64,000 nt of DNA from Octopus sinensis (Eukaryota). The number at the start of each line of letters is the position of its first letter. The stretch's first letter is position 1. Both the position numbers and the translations under genes were made by a program. The notes beneath the pieces were generated by a model. It was not told the origin of the DNA, ran no database searches, and was given only the letters and a program-made list of their open reading frames with translations. Location of the stretch: contig NC_043012.1 in the NCBI RefSeq assembly GCF_006345805.1, positions 19,158,001 to 19,222,000 of the forward strand, written 5' to 3'. Shown in pieces: positions 38,100-52,962 of this stretch.

Positions 38100-38520
38100 T
38101 AGTACTCTTAGTATGCTTCTCCTAATTTGTGACTCAACATCTCCAGGAAATATAACGAGGGGCAGGGAATTCCAGAGTATCAACGTTCAAGAAGCAATCA
38201 ATGCTGGTCCGGATGACGTTGGACATAAAGAGGACAAAGGAAGGGGGATAGATGATTGGAAATGAATTGTTTAAGATCAGGTAACATTAATCCAACAACC
38301 TGATGTGTAGAGCCAATTATAATATCAATAGGAAACTCATAGATACAACAGAGCATGTCTGTGGACCAGAGGTTTCAATGTGCGATAAAGACATAATGTC
38401 ACCTTTTGGGTCCATCGCTTTCTATATATATTCTCGAGTATTAGTGTTCAATGCAGCGACACTAGAATTCTGTTGTGCGCTGCATTTAAATGTTCAATTT
38501 CTCTCGCTTTAATTGTAATT
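38100..38520 (-). pseudogene. CR1/Jockey-like RT C-terminal relic
   Basis: TLKPLVHRH...YYN and LWNSLPLVIFP on the minus strand. Confidence 0.5.
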
Positions 38521-39076
38521 GTAGAATATCAATAATCATTTGGGGGATGAAATATGTTCTAGTTTTGAAATAAAGAGTATGGATTTGCTTCATGAAGGAA
38601 CTCTTCAACGATATAGAGAACTGTTAGACTTTAGCGGAAGCAGGTAGACAAGGGATTTCAGCGAAAATGTAAGTATAGCGAATTCAAACAAGGGAAACCG
38701 TTGTTGTTTGAGAAAATTGCTGCATGCATCGAATACAGTGAATTTGTGAGATATAGCGCGTTTATGAGTGAGTATTCATACGACAATCGAACATTTTGTC
38801 AATGTGCATTTGTTATTCGAAGCGTTCTTGCATAATGTTATTAGATAAGAATAAGGGTGGCCATTTGTAAAATAAAACGTTTAGAACTAAGACTCTGAAG
38901 GAAAAAAATGTTTCCTGTTAAGTTACAGACAAGTCGTCATGGAGCGTCTCTTATCCTATATGATATGAATATACGTATAACGTATGGAGTGACTGTGTGG
39001 ATAGTTGTGTTCCTACGTCTATGCATGTGTACGTAGGATTATGGGGTGAAGAGTATATATATATATATATATATAC

Positions 39077-39122
<46 letters not shown>

Positions 39123-39438
39123 CGGGCGGAGAATTCACAAAGAAACAAGACACGAAAACAGGTGGTGTAGACAACAGATGTATTAGTGAAATATATAAAT
39201 ATTTTTTGTTACGACTGGCGGAAGTCCTACATTTCATTTAGAGGACTAGGCGCTTTCATCGACTCTGAGTGTTCAACAGGACTTCTTATTATCACCACCG
39301 AAAGCATCAAATGCAAAGTTGACGTCGGTGGTATTTGAACATTAGGGGGGAAGAAATGACACTGATCATCTTTTTCCACGGGCTAAATATTCTGCCAGCT
39401 CGCAGCTGCCTCTTTACGTGTTTACGTATTATATATAA

Positions 39439-39548
<110 letters not shown>

Positions 39549-40909
39549 TTACATATATATATATACATATATATATACACAGATGTATATATGTTTATGT
39601 ATGTATGTATATATATATAGAGAGAGAGAGGGAGAGAGCGAGTCAGACAGACAGAGAGAGGGAGAAGGAGATAGATCGATTGATATATATAAATAAACAT
39701 TAACATATATTCATATATTAATAATATATATATATATATATACACATATACTATTCTATACTATACTTGCATACACATGTTACACACATGTGTGTATAGC
39801 TGGAGAGGCATACACATACATACATGAACTCATACAAATCACATCACCCACGCGCGCTTACACTTGGATGTGTAATTCATTCTGGTCGAGTCATTTTGCA
39901 TTTATGCCTCCATCTCTTTGTGCGTGTGTGAGTATATGTATGTGTTTCGTTCGTTATTTTAAAGTCGCCAACAGGTTCTATAAATGTACTTGAAGTTAAC
40001 TCTTCTGAATCTACTGAAGCTTTTTTTCTTCTTAATATTTGATGTTTGATAATACTGAGTAAGCTAACCTCAATTGAACTTCTTAAAAACCATCATCGTT
40101 ACGATCAAACATACACCTTCAAAGACTGCTCTTTTAACTTTTTTTCTGGAGATTGATCTCTCACGTTCAAACAGTATTTTAATTTTTTTCATTGGTTGCA
40201 CTGAATTGACAATTTATATGTTATTTGAATAAGAGATGCATGTGATGTTGGTTCTAGAGCGTTAGTTACCATAAGAGAAAAATGCACGAATTCTGAATCT
40301 AGTGTATGTCTAATGCTATTCAAGGTTCAAAGGTTGATTTGATATTCCATGGCAAATATTCGTACTATACTTCATTGATTTCAAAGGTATCTAGAGAATT
40401 TATATTTTTCCCGGACGAGTTATTTGTGAGTAATCAAAGACTCTCTGAGTTATATGTAATTCTACTGATCATTAACTCGTAGCTTTTGAACTTGTTGGCC
40501 CACTTAGTACATCTTGGACCCTTATAGCAAATATTAGAGAATACCCTCAAATAACATTAACTGAAGTAAATACAGAAATTAAGTAAACGCCAAAGTGATA
40601 TTCCCAGCTTAAACATAAATCTATAGATGGGAATTTGTGTTGGGTTTTAAAGTTATTAGTCAAAATGATACATAATTTTCCTGCGAAATATTTCGATGGG
40701 TGAATGAACAGAAGTATAAGTTATATACAACCATGATTGTACTTAATGATAAATTTTAACTTCCATATTGAGTATCTTGTTATATTGATCCTCTTATTCT
40801 ACTGAGATTCTTCATATTGGTTCCTAATATAAAATAGGATCACATTTTTATCCTACCGTGCACTGTTATGATTCTCGTCCTATGGATGGTAATAAAAGAT
40901 AGAAGTAGG

Positions 40910-41199
40910 GGATCTTTTCGGTTTGAACGGCAGTTTTTAACATAATTTCTAGGTAACTAAAAAACTTTAAACTTCATATACTGGTAGAATGTGTTTATAA
41001 AACATCTTTTTCTCTTGGCTTTATTGAGAAAATTCTATGGTTTGTAAGATATTTGTTGTTTTTTTTATTCAATTTCTGCAATTTCAACCAATCACTGACG
41101 TCTCTTGAGTTTAAAAAAATTCTGTGCCGTATGAATATGTCCCTCGTTTAAGAAACAGATTAGGTTTATTTACATTTCTGAAGAAAGAAAGATACCCTT
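40910..41199 (+). mobile_element. Truncated second copy of the GGATCTTTTCGG MITE
   Basis: Colinear with 2367-2651 and ends at gataccctt, immediately before the C-run/telomere-like tract. Confidence 0.9.
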
Positions 41200-41369
41200 G
41201 ATGCAGATGCAACGCGAGAGTTACCTCAACATCGACATATTAAATACATGCTGAAATAACATCTGAATAGCAAATCAATATATCATTCAATGAATATTTG
41301 AGGACATTTAATTGTCAGCATATAAAACTACTCATACAAATTAAAAAGGATTATCTTCGTTTCGGGTAA

Positions 41370-41820
41370 CGGTGGGGCAGGAATTGCTGGCAGAAGAAAT
41401 GAAAACCCATGCAAACATTTTTGCCATATTTGGGGAGTATAACGATTGCGAAATAGCTAGCTTTCTAAATGCTGCAATGGATTTTGTACACGAAGTTCAG
41501 ATAGAATTGAAAGACCCAGGAGGAATATTTAATGTCATCAGAGAGAAGAAATAATCACTCTAAATGTTCGGACGCAATTCATCGAACGGATTAAACACAT
41601 TATCGATGAGTGAGGATTCCGGGAAATCAATGGGGGTCACCATCACCAAAGAATTACAAGTGTCGGAATGGATTATCAGAACTGCGGTGCACAACAACAA
41701 TCAAAAGAAATATCTACTGAGGTGAAGATAATTCATATCTGTAAAGCAACAGAGAAACCGTTGGATCCACGCCAAGCAGTCATTTCAAGCTAAAACTGTC
41801 ACGAACATGACATGCTTCGT
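41370..41820 (+). pseudogene. Probable Tc1/mariner transposase relic; its first ~120 bp recur at 43095-43190
   Basis: EIASFLN and KSMGVTITKELQVSEWIIRTAVH resemble HTH segments; DNA repeat caggaattgc..gcagaagaaatg...aaatagctagc.ttctaaatg.tgcaatgga. Confidence 0.4.
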
Positions 41821-42288
41821 TTGTTCTTTTCTCTGATTAGAAAACTTCATCCGTAACACTCTGCCATTTCTCCTGTTAGATCTAACGGCCAACAAGAGAA
41901 ATGACAGATTGTTATGTCCCCATAGAGATGTACACAACATTTCCGGCAACTATGATGGTTTCAATAGTTGCAAGGAAGATCTTGTCAATTCATGACACAT
42001 CATTCCGCAGGGTTTTAGAATAACGGCTGTTGGATAAGTTATGTGCTGGAGATGTGGATGTATATGGGTTTCAAAAAAACGCAGTACCTTCTCACAAGGC
42101 CCAAGTAGCAGACAACCTTTAGAATAATCTAAGAAGGAACTTGTGTCCTTGAAACTCACAGAATTAAAATTCCATAGTGTACTAACTTTTTCTCGTTATT
42201 GAAAGAGACAAATTGACACTTTCACATTATCATGTTTTCACTGAAGATCATCGGTCTATGTTTGATATGAATGAGTTACATTCAGTGC

Positions 42289-42343
<55 letters not shown>

Positions 42344-42451
42344 ACATACACACACACACACATATATATATAAATATATTTATATGAGACGTTTTTGCGT
42401 AATACGATAAAAAAACCAAGACTGTGTAGATATTAGAACATTAATAGATAG

Positions 42452-42503
42452 GTCTTACAGCTGTTTATAGGATATTTCTTAATTATATCCCTTCATTTGA
42501 GAC
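42452..42503 (-). ncRNA. Inactivated hammerhead relic
   Basis: gucu-CaaAUGA-A-GGGAUAU...AUAUCCU-a-uAAA-CAGCUG-UA-agac. Stems I-III are intact and the core is mutated. Confidence 0.5.
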
Positions 42504-42643
42504 GGCGTGAGAGGGTGGTTAAGTCATAGTTAGTTTAGATGTGATACAAAATAGAGAGTGAGGTGGAGGAAAGAAAATAGATGTAAGATATGAATATCTT
42601 ACAGATTTATATCCTACATATCTTACATCTATATATTACCTCT

Positions 42644-42761
<118 letters not shown>

Positions 42762-43727
42762 AGAATAGAGATTTGGTTTCTTCGTTTATTTACATATTTA
42801 GGATTGCTCAATTTCTGATTTAACTATGAATGCAATAGGTTGCAAACACTAAACTAGAGAATAAAGCAAGTGTTTTGGAGGAATATAATAATTATGTATG
42901 TAGGCCTTACATCCTCTTGGACTGAAACGATTCAGGAGAAGTAAGAATGCAGAAAACCAGTTCATGTTCTTCTCTAACCGTGGAATCAACATAACTATGC
43001 TGTTATGCGAATGGACATTGTAGAAACATGAAAATGAACAGAAGAAAGAAACAAATATGCCCAAACGATAGGAAATGAGAAGAAACATTTCAAGTCAGGA
43101 ATTGCGGGCAGAAGAAATGCAAGCACATTTTGCCATATGTGGGGAACATAGCGATTGAAAAATAGCTAGCCTTCTAAATGTTGCAATGGAATAGTGTTCA
43201 CGTACCTAACTTGATTTAGCTGATAATAATAAATGCTACATTTATATCATGTCTCTTTTTCCTAAGAATAGTATTTCTCCGGCGTATTACGTTTCTCTGT
43301 AGAACATTCATTCGAGATACATTTTCACCCATCGTCCTATTTAGAACCACCATATGACCCCTCTTATACATTTTGTGGCGTTTGTTATTTTGTGTGCATC
43401 GGAGACAGGTTTCTATATCTAAGTGCCGAGGTTCAGTAAGCAAGCATAGGCACTGCTTTCAATCCAATATAAAGAACCTCCGCGTTCAACTGGTACTTGT
43501 TTTATGGATGCCAACAGAATGAAAGGCAAAGTCAACTCCGGTTGCTTATGTACTCAGAACGGAAACACAAATGAAATGCATTCATACAAGTATAAAAACC
43601 TATATACTTACATATGACCAATACACAAGCAAACACATGCAAATATATATATATATGTATATATGTGTGTTGTGTGTGTGCGCGCACGCTCTCACGTCTA
43701 AGTGTGCCTGTATGTGTGTATGTGTGC

Positions 43728-43777
<50 letters not shown>

Positions 43778-46308
43778 CATATGTACACACAGGTATTGCT
43801 TCAAAAACTTTGGCACAAGACCAGCAATCTCCGAAGAGGTATAGGGCGATTAGATTGATTCCAGTTTGCAACCCGTCATTAGTTTATCGACCACAAAAGA
43901 GACTAAATGTAATGTTAGCCTTGGGCAGAATTTGAACAAAATCACAGGCAAAATGCTGATAATTGTTTTGCATGCCGTGCGAACGACTCTGCTAGCTCGT
44001 CGCCTTCCGATTCATTATAATATTAAATGAATATAACTCAACTTTGTCATATTGTCATTTCAAATTCATAATTGCATTGATAATTTTTATAATTATTAAT
44101 TAAGTATAACAATTGCTGGATCTTATCAGAGACTTAAATAACACGAATGTATATCTGTATGATAACTGAAGTTAATCATGAAATATCATAGATTTTTTAA
44201 TAAAAATACAATAAATAAAATACTTAGGTCAATGGGTTTCATAAATTGTAATACCTGCCAGAGGTCTCCCACGTATAGATAATAACGTCATGTAAATTAA
44301 CTGATGGTATGTGAATAATTTTTCCGGTCGGAAATTTCTTACAATTTCAAGTATGATGTAGGTGATATCAAAAAAAATAAAAATCATTTTCTTATATTTT
44401 TTGTTATGTAAACCAAAAGTATACTTAAATTTAGCAGAAAATTACACTCTAATTCATTGATATAATTCATGCTAACTGATACAACACGCTCGTAGGCTAC
44501 ACGAACTTTATTGTCACAATTCATATAGCAGTATTTGCCATATGAATGCTGGACACGTTGTGATTTCTCATTTCTACAAAATATAATAGCAAAAAATATT
44601 TATTTCCTGAGATAAACTTTAAATAATTTGCTTTAAAATCGTTGATATTATGCTGCAAATGCACTATTAATTTAATTCAGTGAAGTATTTATTAAATTAC
44701 TGGGATTAAATATGCTTTTTATGCAGTTTAGCTGCTCAAAGAATATTTCGGGACAATCGTTAACTTATTCATTATAGAAACTTCCAACATTCGACGTAGT
44801 TTCCTCTGTCAACACTTCTAAAATATCTTTTCAAATGTCATGGAAGTAGAGAATATTATGGAGACATGTCACTAACTATGCTAGTAAAAAGAAACCTGGC
44901 AAAAGGATGATAATGAAGCAAGCGATGAATTAGGGGTCAGAAATACAAGGTTTTTTTCAATGATCAACACGGAAGTTTGGTTTTTCGAACTATGAAACAC
45001 TTTCTTAATCACTAGCAAAGGGAAATTATTGGAGACATCCTTGCGTCACTGATGTCATATGAAAATGAAAATACTATCTGAACATGTCTTCCTAGGATGA
45101 GAGAAAAATCCCCGAATTCTTGTAGTAATGTGCAGCTTTCGCATGATGCTGTATTCAGTTGATAGGTGTAAGCTGTATTTCCCCCATACCTCATGGGAAT
45201 TCTTATTTTCCATTGCAGTCAGAGGATAAAGTTATATTAAATATGACATTACGTTGAATTTGCCGAGGTGGCGGATGTTAGTTGAAGGCATGAAATGTAC
45301 AGTACCAGTAATACGAAGGTTATTTTTTAACTCGTAACCTTTGATTGCTAAATGCAACAAAAACCTTTTTATCTGAAAATTTAATGAGATAGGCTTAATA
45401 ATATGTGTGCTGAATCTAACAGCACGTGCAGCGATATTGTGCAACACAGGGAGACAGGGATCGGCGCTTCAATGGACAGCAACATTGGTGGTGAGAACAA
45501 CTACATGTCAAGCAGTAACTGCAACAGAAAACAAACAACAAAGCTAAAAATAAATATAAACAAACAATAACAGTGCACGTTTCTCTTTTTGCTTTTTTAC
45601 CTAAAATATATTTTGGATCTCTTGTTACCAGGGGAAGTGACATTGGAAGCATCAATATAAAACATTTATACAACAGCGTTGACGATAAGAATGCCACAAA
45701 ACAAGACAAAACGAAAGGAAAGACAGCAACAATATGGCTTCCCGCTACGTATACGACAGGGAAAACAATGTTGTAAATTCAGTGTCAGCTTGCTCGCGTT
45801 TAGATACATTAAGCCGGTGTACCATGCCTTAGCTTCAACAACGGCATTCGGTAGCTGTATCTTTACCTGAAATGATAATATTCAAAATGCCTACTGCAAA
45901 CACATTACATTACACGTCAGTTATCATGTAGATATACAGTCCGACATAATATTATTCCGTCAATCGTAACCACAAGATTAACCACGTATTTGCACATGTT
46001 AAAGATAACCAAAAGCAGATTAACATACACAGCTTAGTTGACATTATATTCACTTCTATGTGTTCCGTAAATGTCTCACTCGAAATAAAACCCGTGATTA
46101 TATTGATCTCCCTCGACCTTTTACATCCAAGTCTTTGGACGCCGTGCTGTCCGTCAAAAAATAAATCACGCATCATATAAAAAAAAATCAATACGGTACA
46201 AGTATTTCACCTCAATTGATCCCGCATTTGAGATGTAACAATATATTATTACACCTCAAATGTATTCATCTAAAAAACATCATTGTCTACATAATGTAAT
46301 ATATATAT

Positions 46309-46402
<94 letters not shown>

Positions 46403-46425
46403 GTATATATATATATATAGATAGT

Positions 46426-46461
<36 letters not shown>

Positions 46462-47004
46462 CAGATAGATTGATAGTAAATAATATATATATATATATAT
46501 ATGCATATGTAGGTACAAGTCGTGCAAACAATATGAAAGAACGGTGCAAACAACATGAAAAAAGTAAACAAATGAGTTATATACGTAAACAACGAAAAAA
46601 AAAAGAAAAACAAGACAAGTAAACACAGAGAAAGGACCCTTCATCAGTTGTCGGCTGTCTATTTACTCCTCCTTTCGTGCATTCAATGACAGTAGGAATC
46701 TTCAAAGACAGTTGCTCCCATAAATTCTAAAATAAAATTTTGGATTTATGAAGGGTGAAATTTGGGAACAAAATCATGAACGTGGAGACATACAAGGAAA
46801 CCGAACGGAAACAAACATGGAGGAAAATAGTGAACGGTGGAAGACTTATATTCTTGGAAAAGAGAAAATGGTTACGTGAGAAAAATTAAGATGGACGATG
46901 GGCATGTGCGAGCAATGAAAGAGAGGGAGAGAGAGGAAAGAGAAAGAGACGTATAGAAAACGGTGAAGGAGGGAAGAGGAGAAAAAATTAGAGAAGGCTG
47001 GAAG

Positions 47005-47041
<37 letters not shown>

Positions 47042-47128
47042 CATACATGCACAAACACACACATATGCATATATACATACACACATGTATACACGTATCT
47101 GTATATATGTATATATCTATGTTTATGC

Positions 47129-47175
<47 letters not shown>

Positions 47176-47196
47176 GATAGGTAGATATATAGCTAG

Positions 47197-47197
47197 G

Positions 47198-47249
<52 letters not shown>

Positions 47250-47250
47250 G

Positions 47251-47321
<71 letters not shown>

Positions 47322-47341
47322 GAGATTGATAGATAGATAGA
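47197..47341. repeat. (GATA)n microsatellite
   Basis: Directly visible. Confidence 0.95.
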
Positions 47342-47459
47342 TATGCATATATACTTTGCTTTGGTACTTTAATAGGTTTCGGCCAGTATTAACCCAGACC
47401 ATGTCTAAGCCTTTAGCACCTCCTGGCAAAATCATACAAACAGGATTCGGACACCAAGG

Positions 47460-47820
47460 CCAACTCGAGGAGTTATTGCTTAGGAGGACACATTTGGGTG
47501 TAAGAGTTGTATTTGGCATTTCTTGAAGGAATTTTTTCAAAGAAGTTTTGAACTTTAAGGCGTCTGCTTGTGTTTCAATGTATTTTGGTGTAATGTTAAA
47601 GAGAGCGGGGCCAATTGAAGTGAAATACTTGTACCTTTTTTTTTTCTGTGATGCGAGTGTGACTTATATTGTGGACGGATAGCACGGCCCAAGCTTTGGA
47701 TGTACCCAAATACTGATGCCAACATCAGTTGACCAATGCTAATGGTATATATTCTACATCATGAGAATGATATAGTGGTCACGGCGGACTGAACGAAAGA
47801 ATGCTTCAGCTTTTTCTAGT
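47460..47820 (-). pseudogene. CR1/Jockey-like LINE RT C-terminal relic
   Basis: FTSIGPALFNITPKYIETQADALKFKTSLKKFLQEMP resembles GPxLFNxLP...FKxxLDKFLxxIPD. Confidence 0.55.
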
Positions 47821-47996
47821 TGACTCTAATAATTGACTTTTAAGGTGCTTCACCTTTCATTATTCGATCCTTCGGTCGTCATCTTTTTCATTGAATTCTT
47901 TCTTTCACAGCCTTAGGAAAGGAAAACAACACATTTCATTTGCATTGATTAATCGCTATAAAAAATGTAAGCCAGGGGAAGAAATATTTCAAATAT

Positions 47997-48245
47997 ATTG
48001 GGTCATCCCATAAATAATGCAACTGTTTATACATCACTTTTTTTTCCAATTTAGATAAACAAATTCGTTTTAATTTAAAATATACTTTCCCTCATTTTCT
48101 ACAATGCTCTCCCATCTATTTGTTAGACTTGCAAGGCCCCTTTTCCAAAATTCACTTGTCAGTGACGAAAAATGTTCCTCCAGTACTGATCTGACCTCGT
48201 CAACTGACTTTATATCTTTCCGTCCAAATGATGTTGAATACTTCA
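47997..48245 (-). mobile_element. Mariner 3' end fragment with one TIR
   Basis: VDEVRSVLEEHFSSLTSEFWKRGLASLTNRWESIVENEGKYILN*; end reads ta-ttgggtcatcccataaataatgc. Confidence 0.7.
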
Positions 48246-48892
48246 GAATGAATAATAATCAGATGGGACAATGTGTGATAAATATGGTGGGTGGGGTTCT
48301 GATTCACTTACTATATGAATAACGCTTTTCTCTTTTGATTATACATATATGGCATTTAAATTCGTTTCATTCAAATGACAAATAGTAAAATACTACAAAA
48401 CTGGTAAAGATAGTGTCTGATAGCTCATTCTGGGATATCACGTCAATTGGATTATCGTATCGATTGAAGACTTTATTAACCAGGTATTCCGTCATCGGAG
48501 AAATGTATAAAAAAATGTATGAAAACAGTGGAAGCTCCTCTTTAATTATATTCATATAATTAATATAATTAAAGCTCTTCTTTAATTATATTCATTGTAG
48601 CTCATTATGGTTCATTATGTTCAGTAGGTTAAGAGGGTTTAATCAAATCACTTTCAGTCGGTTTCTCGTCAGGTATACTCCCTATAAAAATCCAAAGAGG
48701 AATTCATTATCGAGTGAGTGTTGAAGTAGTATACCAACGTGAGGGTGGGGAAGACAGTGCGAGAAGTTGAAAAGTCCTGTGAATATTGAGAGAATGAATA
48801 ACTAGAATGTTCTAGCATGAGAAAAAAATAGATATAAGCATTATATTAGATATATAGTATTCAGTATATAAAAATGCCTCATTCGTCTTCTT

Positions 48893-49014
48893 TTTCTTCT
48901 TCTTCTTCTTCTTCTTCTTCTTCTTCTTCTTCTTCTTCTTCTTCTTCTTCTTCTTCTTCTTCTTCTTCTTCTTCTTCTTCTTCTTCTTCTTCTTCTTCTT
49001 CTACTTCTTCTTCT
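48893..49014. repeat. Long, nearly pure (TTC)n/(GAA)n tract, about 40 units
   Basis: Directly visible. Confidence 0.95.
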
Positions 49015-49283
49015 GTATGTATGTCTGTCTACATGTAAGTATTTATGTATGCCTGTATGTCATTATTCAGTTTATTTCAAAATTTCTTGCCAATAGGGAA
49101 AGAACCGCTTTCTTACCTAGAGCCAAATTTCCTTCATTGGAATTTCAAGATCAACAGCTGGGTATTTTTGTTTGTATGTATGCATAAATGTATGTACATA
49201 TGTGCATATTTGCATGTTTTATATATATATATATGTATGTATGTATGTATGAATGTATGTGTGTATGTATGTATGTATGTATG

Positions 49284-49315
<32 letters not shown>

Positions 49316-50717
49316 GATGAATGAATATACCTCTTTCGGTTAAACGTACTTGTAAAAGTGGGTTACAAACGACCCTAAGATAGTTTTCGATACGTAATGT
49401 ATTAGATTTTGATTCGTGCACATATATTGAGCCTATAAGTATATTTCATAATAAACATTTTATCGTTGAATATATTACCACTTCATTCTGTTATTCTTCA
49501 GGTACTTCATACTAAGACAAGCATTTAGTGAATACTTCGTGAATCATTAATTGTTTGAGTTATAAGAAATGCAGATTATATTATACTTAATCTACCTCTC
49601 TCACAACCTTCTACCACCATCGCCTTACAATATAGTTAAAGCATGATATTATGTCGGTTGTCCATCTATGTTGTATATTTCACCTTATATGTGATGCAAG
49701 TTTATCTGGCTATGTTCGCTGTGTCACCTACGAAGTGAGTCACTTTTGCGTATTTCGCCAGAATGTATTTTCAAGTGTTAATGTTAACTCTAGTTTGCCA
49801 AGAAATAAAAATCTGATGACATTCAGTTATGAACTACTGAACCTTTTCACCTTCACACATTACTAGACCAGAGCGCCCGTATGCGAGTGAATATATAAAA
49901 TGCGATTATAGATCGTAAACGTATGCAAGTTTCCTTGAAGGCTTAGAAATTTCGACCGTTTAATTTTGTTGTAGCACGTAACATATCGTCTTCCCAAGAC
50001 AGTGATGGCAGTTGCTTCATAGACAGTCACGTATGCAACTTTTGACTTCTTAGAGAAAAGACAAGAATTCGAATACGTGGTTCGCTGTCATTGAGCAATT
50101 ACTTTTCGATCGGAAATTTAATAGTTCATAGTGTTCTGAAAACATGTAAGGATTCTGAATACACCTCACGCAATACATTACACTTTTCTAGCAAATTTTA
50201 TTCTTCACAAGACGGATACTATTTATTTTACTATTGAAAATGTACAGATCTGTGTAGCACGACAATAAATACTGTATAGAAGTTTGCAGGAAAATATCAG
50301 CATATAAACCTTTGTTTATTACTAAGTACATGCGACTTTTATTTCCTACAAATTTATATTGTATTTCTGACGAATCAACAGTATTTTCTTTATTCGCCAG
50401 CATAAATGCACCACACTAAAACAAATTCTCTTTTTACACGACTGATCCATTGTAAGATTTATCAAATGTATGTCTCGAAGTATATTTTTGCATTTCGTCA
50501 TCAATAAACGTACCTAGGAAATTGTAATATATTTCATGCAGTTTTCTGTCATATATGTTTGTCCTCTCTAATCCGTAGTGACACATAATTGCAACCAGAT
50601 CATTGGCAAAACAACACAAACATCTCCATTTAAATATTTCCCACATACTAATAACGACTATAATTTATTAAAATATAGTTTACAATATACGTATATATTC
50701 AAACATTGTATTATATA

Positions 50718-50875
50718 CATCATCATCATCATTGTTCGACCGTGGTCGAGACAATGGAATTTACTATGTTACGCCAGACTTCACAATCCATCATAGCATT
50801 ACGGAGGTCCTGTTGCTGGATGCCTGTATCCCTGGAGATTACATCAGGGTAGGAGAGTGTGCGCCCTCTGGTATA
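50718..50875 (-). mobile_element. RTE LINE 3' end with (TGA)n tail
   Basis: RGRTLSYPDVISRDTGIQQQDLRNAMMDCEVWRNIV...* followed by tgatgatgatg. Confidence 0.7.
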
Positions 50876-51286
50876 TACATACAACCCCCACACATATATA
50901 ATATAATATACAAGGTATATATATACACATATATATATATACACACACATATATATATATATATATAATGATGTTTTTTTTTTAATTTCTGGATGCAGCT
51001 CTCTTATCAAGATTTCCTAAGTTATCGCTACAAGCTCTAAATAGGGAGTAATAAACAGTTGACAACTGAGGATGCCTAAGACCTTTGTTATTTTGTCCAG
51101 TACTTACCCCTCGTGTATTTACTTGTTTTTCGCTTCATGGTGATTTCCTGTATGTATTATATATATATATATACTACGTATATAGTATTTATATACTATA
51201 TATACTATATATAATATATATATATTTATATGTATATATATATATATATATAGTATTTCTTAGTATGTATTATATATAGACTCACA

Positions 51287-51356
<70 letters not shown>

Positions 51357-51379
51357 TGCATGTATATATATATTATTTT

Positions 51380-51608
51380 CTTTTACTTGTTTCAGTCAGG
51401 TGACTGCGGTCTTACTGGAGCACCGCCTTTAGTCAAGCAAATCGACCCCAGGACTTATTCTTGTATACCTAGTACTTGCTCTATCGGGCTCTTTTGCAGA
51501 GCCGCTATGTTACGGGGACGTAAACACACACGCATCAGTTGTCAAGCGATCCTGAGGGTACAAAAACAGACACAAACATAAACGCACACCCCCCACACAC
51601 ACATGCAA

Positions 51609-51654
<46 letters not shown>

Positions 51655-51972
51655 TATATATACAGGGTGTCCCCCAAAAATGTATACACATAGTGGTTCG
51701 GCAAAAGAGAACGATAGATTAAGTACTACGCTTACAAAGAATAACAAATTCACAATTATTTAAGGTCTGTATACATTTTTTGGGGACACCGGGTATATAT
51801 ATATATATATATACGACGGGCTTCTTTCAGTTTCCGCCTACCAAATCCACTCACAAGTTTTTGGCTGGCCCGTGTGTATAGTAGAAGACAGTTGCCCAAG
51901 GTACCGCGCAGTGGGACTGAATCTGGAACCATGTGATTAGTAAGCAAGCTAATTACCATACAGCCACTCCTG
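51380..51972 (-). mobile_element. SINE family A with a MITE in its central (TA)n
   Basis: Tail at 51380-51560 and head at 51814-51972. Confidence 0.8.
51663..51793. mobile_element. 131-bp Tc1/mariner-type MITE flanked by TA
   Basis: ta-cagggtgtcccccaaaaatgtataca ... tgtatacattttttggggacaccggg-ta. Confidence 0.75.
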
Positions 51973-52004
51973 TTGATATATAGATAGATAGATATATAAA
52001 TAGA

Positions 52005-52049
<45 letters not shown>

Positions 52050-52059
52050 GATGTATGTA

Positions 52060-52124
<65 letters not shown>

Positions 52125-52694
52125 ATATATAATTGTGTCTTAAATAATTGCCCCTATCAATTTAACAGATGCTGTATCGAATACCTTTAGAGGCAGCAGT
52201 ATATTTGTATGTCAGATGCAGCTGCTGCATAGCTTTAGGTTGGATAGGGCAATGTCAGAGAAGACATCGAGTTTCTTAATCGAATACTTGCAACATATGG
52301 TAGTGTCTAACGTAGCGGTGTGTTACAGCCATCCACAATCCACCCAACACCAACATGCTCACCAGTAAAACGTTAATATATTTAATTAGAAGTGCAACAT
52401 GAATTTAAATATTGCTACATTCATAACAAATTTAAAACGCAGCGTTCTTAATATTCAAAGAGAAATTCTAGCAAAAATGTTTTATCAAATTTTAGAGTTG
52501 GAAATTAATTAAATGTCTATGCATATTATTTTTTGTTTAATTTTAGACTTATTCTTAGAAAGGCAAAAAAAAATATATTAATTTAACTCGGAAAAATTAT
52601 TTGCTCACTAGACCTTATTTACATGTCGAATTAATTTTGCTAATGTATCAAAAATCTTATACACACACGCGCGCGCAGACATACACACATATAC

Positions 52695-52778
<84 letters not shown>

Positions 52779-52829
52779 ATATATACATATATACATATAT
52801 AGATAGATACATATATATAGAATTATATT

Positions 52830-52860
<31 letters not shown>

Positions 52861-52900
52861 TATATATTATATATATATATATATATGTATATATTTATGC

Positions 52901-52962
<62 letters not shown>

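Noticed and set aside
44930-45200. Possible piggyBac transposase relic
   Set aside because: Only a faint YW..HP-like resemblance, with no TIR or TTAA ends or catalytic motifs identified.
46630-46690. ctgatga plus gaaa on the minus strand as another hammerhead
   Set aside because: I could not build stems I-III around the motifs.
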